Assembly: GCA_965207945.1 (NCBI GenBank)
Contig: OZ242303.1
Coordinates: forward strand, 1,161,048-1,225,047
DNA: 64,000 nucleotides
Direction of reading: 5' to 3'
From: Gammaproteobacteria bacterium
GTDB taxonomy: Bacteria > Pseudomonadota > Gammaproteobacteria > CBDBNL01 > JAAOII01
Made by a program: the position numbers and the translations under genes. A model generated the notes under the pieces. The model was not told the origin of the DNA. It worked only from the letters and a program-made list of their open reading frames with translations, and made no database searches. Shown one piece after another: positions 30,087 to 38,463 of the stretch (positions are counted from its first letter, which is position 1; every line of letters starts with the position of its first letter).

Positions 30087-30104
30087 GTAGGGGCAGCTGC
30101 CCGC
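30087..30104. repeat. Short GTAG-headed element with a perfect 12-bp palindrome
   Basis: GTAG followed by GGGCAGCTGCCC (self-complementary), located 5 nt upstream (in + coordinates) of the preferred ahcY start codon. Confidence 0.55.
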
Positions 30105-30160
30105 AAGTTATATTAATATGGTAAATAGGTTTCAGGTTGCATGTCGCATCACCCCAAACA

Positions 30161-31249
30161 TTATTGTAGTCGTGGAGTAGAAATCAGTTCCAGCAGAGCG
30201 TTAGCAAAACTGCCGCCAACTCTACCTGCCAATATATCAAAAGGATTACTCTGAACTGTATAATCAACTATCTTGTCTAATTCGGTTTTATCATAAGCCA
30301 CTGAACGAGTATTGCCAATTCCGTCAATTAATCCCAGTTCAATAGCTCTTATACCATCATAAATATATCCACTAAATATTTCTGGGTTATTACTAAGCCG
30401 TCCGCTGCGTCCCGCTTTAACATCTTCAATAAAATTGTTATGCAAGCGATCCAACAGGTTTTGCCAAAATGCATCATGCTTGGGATTAGCAGGAGAAAAG
30501 GGGTCAAGGAATCCTTTGTTAACTCCTCCTGTATATAGCCGTCTGTCAATCCCCAATTCTTCCATCGCCCGATTAAAACCAAAACTTGAAGATATAACCC
30601 CTATAGAACCGACCAAACTATTTTTACTGCTGTATATTTCATCTGTAGCGGATGCAATATAATAAGCCGCAGATGCTCCAATATCCTTAATAACAGAGTA
30701 TATTTTTTTATCAGGGTTTTCAGTTTTTAAGCGGACTATCTCATTATAAATATCCGAAGCAGTTACCGCGCTTCCTCCAGGACTGTTAATGGATAATATT
30801 ATTGCTTTAGCATTCTTATTCTCATAAGCATTTCTGAGTGCCTTAACTATAGGAGTAGTCCGCACTCCATCCGCACCCAGACGGTTAGAATCATAAACCA
30901 CCACACCTTCAACACGAATAAGAGCAACATGCTCACCATCTACGCCCCAATTATTTGAAACATCAAGTCCACTGTTGCTATAACCCAAACTAACTACTGA
31001 AAACACATAGACAATTACTGCAACCCAAAGAAAACGAAAGAATATTTTCCAACGTCGCGCCCGAGCATTTTCTTTTACTGATGCTAATAAAACTGTTTCT
31101 ATCGCCTTCCAGGTGTCGGCAGAAGAATTGGTGGAAGCGTTGCGAGGTTTTTTGAACCTACTCATAAAACCATCTTTTTTACCATCTTTCTTATTGCTTA
31201 ATTTCCCAGCACGTTTTACTGGGGGAAACCTCTTGTTATTGTCTGCCAT
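30161..31249 (-). CDS. sppA: Signal peptide peptidase SppA, 36K type (S49)
   Basis: N-terminal TM, INSPGGS nucleophile motif, ClpP/crotonase-like region. Confidence 0.8.
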   Translation of the reverse strand: MADNNKRFPPVKRAGKLSNKKDGKKDGFMSRFKKPRNASTNSSADTWKAIETVLLASVKENARARRWKIFFRFLWVAVIVYVFSVVSLGYSNSGLDVSNNWGVDGEHVALIRVEGVVVYDSNRLGADGVRTTPIVKALRNAYENKNAKAIILSINSPGGSAVTASDIYNEIVRLKTENPDKKIYSVIKDIGASAAYYIASATDEIYSSKNSLVGSIGVISSSFGFNRAMEELGIDRRLYTGGVNKGFLDPFSPANPKHDAFWQNLLDRLHNNFIEDVKAGRSGRLSNNPEIFSGYIYDGIRAIELGLIDGIGNTRSVAYDKTELDKIVDYTVQSNPFDILAGRVGGSFANALLELISTPRLQ

Positions 31250-31291
31250 AATAATACCTCCTAATGTATATGTTATATAATCTGCAGAAAC

Positions 31292-33952
31292 TTATGCCGC
31301 TAAACGTCTAAGAACAAAATGCAATATGCCACCACACTGATAATACTTAATTTCTTGTGGTGTATCTATACGCAACTTGGTTTGAAACTCTATTTTCTTG
31401 CCGTTAGAATCCGTAGCAGTCACCATAACCTCAGAGGCAGTCCCTCCTGCCAAGCCACTAATAGTGTATGTTTCTTTGCCAGTTAATCCCAAAGTTTTTA
31501 CGCTTTCTCCTTCCATAAACTGTAAAGGAAGGATGCCCATTCCCACTAAATTAGTGCGATGTATTCTTTCAAAACTTTCTGCTATCGCTGCTTGAACCCC
31601 AAGCAATAGTGGTCCTTTGGCAGCCCAATCGCGTGATGAGCCAGAGCCATATTCTTTCCCAGCAAGGATAATGCTTGGAACTCCTTCCTCCCTATACTTC
31701 ATTGCCGCATCATAGATGCTCATCTCCTTCTCATCAGGCAGATGAATAGTAACCCCACCTTCGCTGCCAGGCAACAGCAGATTACGCAAGCGAATATTAC
31801 CAAAGGTTCCACGCATCATAACTTCATGATTGCCACGCCTTGAACCATAAGAGTTAAACTCAGAAGGAGGAATGCCTAAGGACTTCAAGTACGAACCAGC
31901 AGGACTATCCTCTTTTATACTCCCCGCAGGAGATATATGGTCGGTGGTTACCGAGTCCCCCACTAAAACAAGAACTCTTGCTCCTTGAACACTCTCTTGC
32001 TGACTGCGATTGATTTCTAAATCTTCAAAAAAAGTTGGCTTGCGAACATAACTTGACTTGTCATCCCAACTATATCCCTTCTCTTGAGCAACAGGTAAGT
32101 TAATCCAATTCTCTTCGCCATTAAATATGGTGGAATAGGTCCTGGTAAATTGCTCTTGAGTGACGGAGGACTTCACTAAATCACTCACCTCCTGATTGCT
32201 CGGCCATATATCCTTAAGATAAACTTCATTGCCTTGAGAGTCATTCCCCAGTGGTTCGTTATAAGGGTCAAAATCCATTCTACCCGCAATTGCATAAGCA
32301 ACCACTAATGGTGGAGATGCCAAATAATTCATCTTTGTTTCAGGATGAACCCGCCCTTCAAAATTACGATTCCCCGATAGAATAGCGCAAACGGACAAAT
32401 CATTTTCTTTTATAGCCGCAGATACTTCAGGCAGTAAGGGACCTGAATTCCCTATGCAAGTAGTGCATCCATAGCCGACCAACGCAAAACCAAGTTTATC
32501 AAGATAATCAGATAAGCCCGCTTTTTTAAAATATTCTGTAACCACTTTAGAACCGGGAGCTAAGGATGTCTTAACCCATGGCTTGGTTTGCAAACCAAGT
32601 TCCACTGCCTTCTTTGCCACCAATCCCGCCGCCAGCATAACATAAGGGTTTGAGGTATTGGTGCATGAAGTTATCGCTGCTATAACCAACGATCCATCAC
32701 GTAATGTATATTCCTTATCTCCGCTGACCTTACTCTCTTTAAGCTCATCACTACCGAGGGATGCAAAGAAATTCTGCTTAACCGACCCAAGAGTAATTCT
32801 ATCCTGCGGTCTCTTAGGACCTGCCAAGCAGGGTTCTACATCTGCCAAATTTAATTCAATTGTCTCGCTATAGTTTGCCTCATGCTCAGCATCATAAAAC
32901 ATCCCCTGTTTTTTAAAGTATGCTTCCACCAAAGCTATTGTCTCTTCACTCCGATTACTCATCCTCATATACCTAAGGGTCTCATTATCCACTGGAAAAA
33001 TAGCGCAGGTTGCGCCAAACTCAGGAGACATATTGCCAATAGTGGCGCGATCTGCCAACGGCAGTGATTCAAGACCAGGTCCATAGAACTCAACAAACTT
33101 GCCAACAACTCCCTTCTTGCGCAGCATTTCGGTTACGGTTAACACCAGGTCTGTTGCGGTTGTTCCTTCTTTAACTTTACCCGTTAGTTTGAAACCAAGA
33201 ACTTTAGGTAGCAGCATGGATATCGGCTGCCCTAACATTGCAGCTTCAGCTTCAATGCCTCCCACTCCCCAAGCCAACACTCCAAGACCATTAACCATAG
33301 TGGTGTGCGAATCGGTGCCAACCAAAGTATCAGGATATACATAAACCCCATCTTCTTGCTCTTGAGTAAAAGCAACCCGCGCAAGATACTCAAGGTTTAC
33401 TTGATGAACTATGCCTGCGCCAGGTGGCACCACTTTAAAATTATTGAATGCTTCCTGTCCCCATTTCAGAAACTGATACCTTTCTTTATTGCGAGCATAT
33501 TCAAGCTGAGTGTTAAACTTATAAGCATCTGGCGAGCCAAATTTATCCACTTGCACCGAATGGTCTACCACCAATTCCACTGGCTGCAATGGGTTAATTT
33601 TATCTGGATCTTTGCCAAGTGATTGCATTGCGTCACGCATAGCCGCTAAATCAACTATGGCAGGAACACCAGTAAAATCCTGGAGCAACACACGCGCTGG
33701 ACGATAGGAAATTTCTTTGGCATCGGAAGATTTTGCATCCCAAGTCCCCATATAAGCAATATCATCGGCAGTGACGCTGTCCCCATCTTCATTACGTAGC
33801 AGGTTTTCTAAAATTATTTTTAAAGAAAAGGGGAGTTTATCTGCGCCCTTAATCTTGTTGATATCAAAAAATTTATATGTTTTTTCTTTACTCTCCCCAT
33901 TATTCCCTATGGAGGAAACCGATAGTTCGCTTAATGCGTTAAATGTACTCAT
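31292..33952 (-). CDS. acnA: Aconitate hydratase A
   Basis: About 886 aa with typical AcnA/IRP-type motifs (DSHTTM, TSCTN, CTTCIGNSG, GSSRDWAAKG). ATG at 33952 is preferred over 33979. Confidence 0.93.
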   Translation of the reverse strand: MSTFNALSELSVSSIGNNGESKEKTYKFFDINKIKGADKLPFSLKIILENLLRNEDGDSVTADDIAYMGTWDAKSSDAKEISYRPARVLLQDFTGVPAIVDLAAMRDAMQSLGKDPDKINPLQPVELVVDHSVQVDKFGSPDAYKFNTQLEYARNKERYQFLKWGQEAFNNFKVVPPGAGIVHQVNLEYLARVAFTQEQEDGVYVYPDTLVGTDSHTTMVNGLGVLAWGVGGIEAEAAMLGQPISMLLPKVLGFKLTGKVKEGTTATDLVLTVTEMLRKKGVVGKFVEFYGPGLESLPLADRATIGNMSPEFGATCAIFPVDNETLRYMRMSNRSEETIALVEAYFKKQGMFYDAEHEANYSETIELNLADVEPCLAGPKRPQDRITLGSVKQNFFASLGSDELKESKVSGDKEYTLRDGSLVIAAITSCTNTSNPYVMLAAGLVAKKAVELGLQTKPWVKTSLAPGSKVVTEYFKKAGLSDYLDKLGFALVGYGCTTCIGNSGPLLPEVSAAIKENDLSVCAILSGNRNFEGRVHPETKMNYLASPPLVVAYAIAGRMDFDPYNEPLGNDSQGNEVYLKDIWPSNQEVSDLVKSSVTQEQFTRTYSTIFNGEENWINLPVAQEKGYSWDDKSSYVRKPTFFEDLEINRSQQESVQGARVLVLVGDSVTTDHISPAGSIKEDSPAGSYLKSLGIPPSEFNSYGSRRGNHEVMMRGTFGNIRLRNLLLPGSEGGVTIHLPDEKEMSIYDAAMKYREEGVPSIILAGKEYGSGSSRDWAAKGPLLLGVQAAIAESFERIHRTNLVGMGILPLQFMEGESVKTLGLTGKETYTISGLAGGTASEVMVTATDSNGKKIEFQTKLRIDTPQEIKYYQCGGILHFVLRRLAA

Positions 33953-34015
33953 AAAATAATTATATACTACTTTCCACAAAATGATTCAAAATGATTAAAG
34001 TGTCGTTAATTCAAA

Positions 34016-34069
34016 CATTTTGCGGGCGGAGCAAGGGGGGTTCATATATGGCTCACGCCCCTACAGACC
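34016..34069. repeat. GC-rich REP-like intergenic element, copy C (core only)
   Basis: cattttgcgggcggagcaaggggggttcatatatggctcacgcccctacagacc: same core as copies A and B, with an imperfect right arm. Confidence 0.7.
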
Positions 34070-34115
34070 ATCATTCCAAGAATTTATACACCATACATGT
34101 ACATGTCGTTAGCCA

Positions 34116-35618
34116 CTAATAATAAGTGGACTCCATCTCGTCAAAGAACTCCAGCTGAGATTTCACTTCATCTCTTCTCATAATATCCAAATTGCGCAGA
34201 TAATCTTCACTAACATCACCAGTAATATAGTTGCCGTCAAAAACCGAGCAATCAAAGCGCTTAATGCTCGGGTTACCCTCCTGCACACTGGATTTTAAAT
34301 CTTCTAAACTCTGATAAACCAATCCATCAGCTCCAATCACCTTACCTACCTCATCGGTATCCCTGCCATTAGCAATTAATTCACTTTGAGAAGGCATGTC
34401 AATACCATAAACATTTGGGTAAATAAGCGGCGGCGCTGCCGAAGCAAAATATACCTTATTAGCGCCAGCGCGACGCGCCATAGTAATAATTTGTCCGCTG
34501 GTAGTTCCCCGCACAATTGAATCATCCACTAATAGAATATTCTTACCACGAATTTCAAGTTCAACTGGAGCAAGTTTACGATTAACCGCAACATCGCGCA
34601 TCTGTTGGCGTGGCATAATAAAGGTTCTTCCTATATAGCGGTTTTTTACCAAACCCTCGCGATAATTAATATTGAGTTTTAGCGCCAGTTCTACTGCGGC
34701 AACCCTGCTGCTATCCGGCACAGGAATAACTACATCTATATCACCAGCTGATATTTCTCTTTTAACCGCCTCACCAAGAAACTCTCCCATCCTTTGACGT
34801 GATTTATGCACCGAAATATCATCAATAATGGAATCGGGGCGAGCAAAATACACATATTCAAAGATGCAAGGAGATTTCTCTTTATTCTGTTGACTGCATT
34901 GTTTCCTAAATAATTCTCCTTGGCTATTAATGAAAACTGCCTCTCCTGCATCCAAATCACTGTCAATGTTAAAACCATTAGCCAAAAGCGCCGCAGATTC
35001 CGATGCCAACATATATTCTTTACCTGAGCGTGAAATTCTGCTACCTAAAATCAATGGTCTTATAGCATGAGGATCACGAAAAGCTAACAGCCCGACTCCA
35101 ACTATTAAAGAAACTACACTATAGGCACCGCTGCACTTTTCATATAAACAACTAACTGCCTTGAATATATCATCCGCTTCTGAACTGGGATGTTCTTCCA
35201 AACACATAGCCAAACAATTTAACAGAACTTCAGAGTCAGAACCTGTATTAATATGGCGCAGATTTTTAGTTGCCAAATCCTTTCTTAATTGTTCAGAATT
35301 AGTGAGGTTGCCATTATGGGCAAGGGCTAAACCAAAAGGACTATTTACATAAAATGGCTGACACTCTCGCACACTTTCGCTGCCTGCAGTGGGGTATCTT
35401 ATGTGTCCTATTCCTAAGTTTCCTTGCAGATCATTCAGGTGTTTTTCTTGACTAAAAACCTCACTTAGTAAGCCGTTACGGCGACGCATGTAAATAGCAT
35501 CATTGTCAATAGTGGCTATTCCCGCGCCATCCTGTCCTCTATGCTGCAGCATTGTCAGGGCATTGTATAAAACCCCTCCTATATGCTCCTTAGCGTAAAC
35601 CCCCGCTATGCCGCACAT
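34116..35618 (-). CDS. purF: Amidophosphoribosyltransferase
   Basis: MCGIAGV N-terminal nucleophile and the PRPP-binding motif VDDSIVRGTT. Confidence 0.95.
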   Translation of the reverse strand: MCGIAGVYAKEHIGGVLYNALTMLQHRGQDGAGIATIDNDAIYMRRRNGLLSEVFSQEKHLNDLQGNLGIGHIRYPTAGSESVRECQPFYVNSPFGLALAHNGNLTNSEQLRKDLATKNLRHINTGSDSEVLLNCLAMCLEEHPSSEADDIFKAVSCLYEKCSGAYSVVSLIVGVGLLAFRDPHAIRPLILGSRISRSGKEYMLASESAALLANGFNIDSDLDAGEAVFINSQGELFRKQCSQQNKEKSPCIFEYVYFARPDSIIDDISVHKSRQRMGEFLGEAVKREISAGDIDVVIPVPDSSRVAAVELALKLNINYREGLVKNRYIGRTFIMPRQQMRDVAVNRKLAPVELEIRGKNILLVDDSIVRGTTSGQIITMARRAGANKVYFASAAPPLIYPNVYGIDMPSQSELIANGRDTDEVGKVIGADGLVYQSLEDLKSSVQEGNPSIKRFDCSVFDGNYITGDVSEDYLRNLDIMRRDEVKSQLEFFDEMESTYY

Positions 35619-35647
35619 AAATCTCCTCCCCTACAGATGAGTGTTAA

Positions 35648-36166
35648 TTAGTAGGGGAAACATTGAACCCCTGGCAAGGACAAACATACATTATCCAATA
35701 CTAATGACCTCCAGTAAAACTCCATTTCCAGGATTAATGGTATAAGTTCTGAATCCAGCCAATAATTGCTTTCATCAATGGTTAACAAACGACAGAAGTT
35801 TACTATAACCAGTAATTGCACTGCTATAAGAGGTATGGCAACCAACCCTCCCAACAAACGAATTATAGGGGAAGAACCAGTGTTAATGGATAACAGAGAG
35901 AATAACAGATTAAGTACTATCATCATAAAAAAGAAGCTTATTGAAAAAGGCAACAGCAATAATAGTTCTTGGTCGTATATATAAGCGCTTAAAGGAGCGC
36001 TAAGTAAAATTGATATGATTTGTGAAAAAACAAGAGCAATCGCCCAAACCAACAACGACACCGCGCTTTTGCCAACACCTCTTGCCAATCCCAATACAAA
36101 AATTAGCATGGCAAATGCCAGCAAACCCCAATCTATAATACCAAATTTTAAAAAGCTTATTTCCAT
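35648..36166 (-). CDS. cvpA: Colicin V production protein CvpA
   Basis: 172 aa with 4 TM segments. Position between a SPOR-domain gene and purF matches the dedD-cvpA-purF synteny. Confidence 0.8.
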   Translation of the reverse strand: MEISFLKFGIIDWGLLAFAMLIFVLGLARGVGKSAVSLLVWAIALVFSQIISILLSAPLSAYIYDQELLLLLPFSISFFFMMIVLNLLFSLLSINTGSSPIIRLLGGLVAIPLIAVQLLVIVNFCRLLTIDESNYWLDSELIPLILEMEFYWRSLVLDNVCLSLPGVQCFPY

Positions 36167-36762
36167 TTTCTTAATATACCGTCAAGTTTTAATTTTTCCT
36201 TCAATCTCTTCTGATTTTCCTCCGCTCTGCTAGATTGCAGGAAAGGTCCAACATATACGACATATAGTATATCACCTTTGGAAGATTTTAATGCACGAAT
36301 TAAAGATTTGAAATTGTTATCTGCAAGTCGTTGTTTTAATCTTTGTGCCTGCTCTGGGCTACGTAAGGATGCCGCCTGGACTACCCATCTAACAGGGATA
36401 CTCTTATCATTAAATGCTATTTCATCAAGCGCATTTTTACCTGGCAACTTTTTTTCTCTTCCCCCCCTTCCTCCTCCCTCTCCTCTTCCAGTAGCGGAAG
36501 GATTTTTACTATCCGCTTGGGCTTGACGATTATCCTTCAGCTGATTAAGTTTCTCCTTAATTTCATTGAGTTGTGGCGGAGGTGGTATTTTATCCACTTC
36601 TACCTTTATAAAATCTGGTGGTGGTTCTGGCTGCCAAGAGAGTAAGTTGTCTCCTATATCTCCTTCGCCTTCATTATTCAATGAGAAAAAAGATAATCCC
36701 GCAACTGCGAATATTGCCAATACTATAGCGCCAATTAAACGACGTTTCGTTTGTTCTTTCAT
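36157..36762 (-). CDS. dedD: SPOR-domain cell-division protein (DedD-like)
   Basis: N-terminal TM, Pro/Gln-rich linker, C-terminal SPOR-like domain (VRWVVQAASLRSPEQAQRLKQRL...YVVYVGPF). Confidence 0.7.
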   Translation of the reverse strand: MKEQTKRRLIGAIVLAIFAVAGLSFFSLNNEGEGDIGDNLLSWQPEPPPDFIKVEVDKIPPPPQLNEIKEKLNQLKDNRQAQADSKNPSATGRGEGGGRGGREKKLPGKNALDEIAFNDKSIPVRWVVQAASLRSPEQAQRLKQRLADNNFKSLIRALKSSKGDILYVVYVGPFLQSSRAEENQKRLKEKLKLDGILRKWK

Positions 36763-36798
36763 GATTCTGGCATTATTCTCGCATTACTCTGGCATCAT

Positions 36799-38454
36799 TT
36801 AGTCAAATACAACACGTATTCCTATAGCATCAGATTTGTGATTAGGGGGCACTCTTGCATTATAAGAGTAATGAGCAGCAATTCGCCCAGGTAATTTATA
36901 ATTTCCCCCTTTAACTATTATATTAACTCCATTATTATAAGGTTCAACCGAACTAGTCCATTCAGATATATTGCCTGCCATAGCAACCAACCCATTGGAG
37001 GTAGTGTCGTTAGTTTGCGCCGTAACCTCAATTGGACTATCTGGGAAGAACTTGGCAGACGCATCCCTTGTATGAGAGAATCCGCTAACATATTTATCTC
37101 CCCATATATAAGGGGTTATCTTGCCATCAGAGAAAACCTGCAGCCACTCTTCTTCTGTGGGTAATCTTCCTCCCGCCCATTTGGTAAACGCATAAGCGCT
37201 CCACCAATCCACCCCTACCACTGGCAGATCAAGTTGCTTGCGTTGCTCGCGCCAAGAGGCAGGAACATAAGAATGAAAACGTGGTTCTTTGCCGTTGGCA
37301 TAAAAGCCCAAGCGTGTCAAAGGGTCGCGCAAGAAATGACGATACTCTCTACGACTAATTTCATACTTGCTAAAACTAAGCGCAGGACGACCTTCACGCG
37401 AAGAAACCGCTAAAAAGGATTGCAGGACACGGGGGTTAGAATTCTCAATATATTCCATAAGTTTTGGCGCATAAGAATTCTTGCTTATACCCAATGGGTA
37501 GGTTCCGCCACTAATGGAAATTGCTTCTGTTGCGCCTTCCCATGGAAGTTTTAAATTAGCGGGATTCTTAGGATTTTTGGGATTCTTGGCATTATTGAAT
37601 TTATTAGACATGTAAACACAACGAAAACCGCTATACTTTGAACGAAAATCTAAAGGTGCAGGCCTTTCAATAAAGTTTAGTGATTGCAACATAAAAGGGC
37701 GATTATAATTATTGCCACCTTTTTGAATAGAACGCCCATCCTCAGTCATATTGATAGTCCATTCTGATAAGCCATTGCCCATATCAAAAACGCCTTGTGG
37801 CGTGGCATTTTTTATGCGGTTTTTCTCAGGAGCTGCTAAGTTAAGGATTGGATCATTATATCGCCAAGGAGTTCCTATAAATTTTTCTCCCCAAGGATAA
37901 GAACGTCCCTCTGTCCCAGCAGCTGCTGCCATCCATTGCTCTATGCTAGGTAAACTACCTCCTGCTGCTTGGCAATAAGCATAAGCTTCATAAAAACTTG
38001 CTCCAGCAATTGGCATATCCAAACGGCCGAGTATCTTATGATTTGCATAAGGATTAATATAGGTATAATCTAACGGTTCCAAATCATTAGCAAAAGCAAA
38101 TCTTTTATCACTTTGCAAAGCGAGCCAACCCAAAAATTTACGATAATTACGTTGAGACACCTCATACTTATCAATATAAAAACCTTGAATAGTGCTGTCC
38201 CCGTCTTCTGCGCTAATCTGCTCGCGCAATGAAGAGCTACGCCATAAATAAGCGGCATTTTCTGCAACTGCTTGGTCAAGACCACTTAAAGAGAATGATG
38301 GCGGTTGCACATTAACTGCAACACGCGGAATGAAACGTGCCTGAACGCGTAATTCCAACAGATATATCGCAACTGCTGCAACTGGAATAAAAATTAGCGC
38401 ATAAATTGCGCCTGTTCGCAATACTCTGCCAAGAATTTGACGCAGTTTATTCAT
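36799..38454 (-). CDS. Membrane-anchored protein with two FGE-sulfatase (SUMF1-like) domains
   Basis: 551 aa with an N-terminal TM (IYALIFIPVAAVAIYLL). Two repeats carry FGE-fold signatures (YIDKYEVSQRNY...YPWGEKF...GVFDMGNGLSEWT...FRCV and SKYEISRREY...GGRLPTEEEW...YIWGD...AMAGNISEWT...IGIRVV). Confidence 0.8.
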   Translation of the reverse strand: MNKLRQILGRVLRTGAIYALIFIPVAAVAIYLLELRVQARFIPRVAVNVQPPSFSLSGLDQAVAENAAYLWRSSSLREQISAEDGDSTIQGFYIDKYEVSQRNYRKFLGWLALQSDKRFAFANDLEPLDYTYINPYANHKILGRLDMPIAGASFYEAYAYCQAAGGSLPSIEQWMAAAAGTEGRSYPWGEKFIGTPWRYNDPILNLAAPEKNRIKNATPQGVFDMGNGLSEWTINMTEDGRSIQKGGNNYNRPFMLQSLNFIERPAPLDFRSKYSGFRCVYMSNKFNNAKNPKNPKNPANLKLPWEGATEAISISGGTYPLGISKNSYAPKLMEYIENSNPRVLQSFLAVSSREGRPALSFSKYEISRREYRHFLRDPLTRLGFYANGKEPRFHSYVPASWREQRKQLDLPVVGVDWWSAYAFTKWAGGRLPTEEEWLQVFSDGKITPYIWGDKYVSGFSHTRDASAKFFPDSPIEVTAQTNDTTSNGLVAMAGNISEWTSSVEPYNNGVNIIVKGGNYKLPGRIAAHYSYNARVPPNHKSDAIGIRVVFD

Positions 38455-38463
38455 TACTTAGCA

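Noticed and set aside
30083-30160. Possible SAH riboswitch upstream of ahcY
   Set aside because: The 78-nt leader lacks the conserved SAH-element features as I remember them (an AGGCUC-containing pseudoknot with GC-rich P1/P2 helices). Only the short GGGCAGCTGCCC palindrome is present. A covariance-model scan (Rfam SAH_riboswitch) would settle it.
35623-35634. Another copy of the cccctac (GTAG-headed) REP-like motif just upstream of purF
   Set aside because: There is no partner palindrome arm. On the coding strand it reads GTAGGGGAGGAGATTTATG, so the GGAGGAG is most simply the purF Shine-Dalgarno sequence.
36278-36802. Plus-strand ORFs (82 aa and 78 aa) with Pro/Gly-rich sequence opposite the SPOR-protein gene
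   Set aside because: They are antisense to the Pro/Gly/Glu-rich linker of the DedD-like protein. The SPOR domain and the synteny with cvpA-purF support the minus-strand gene.
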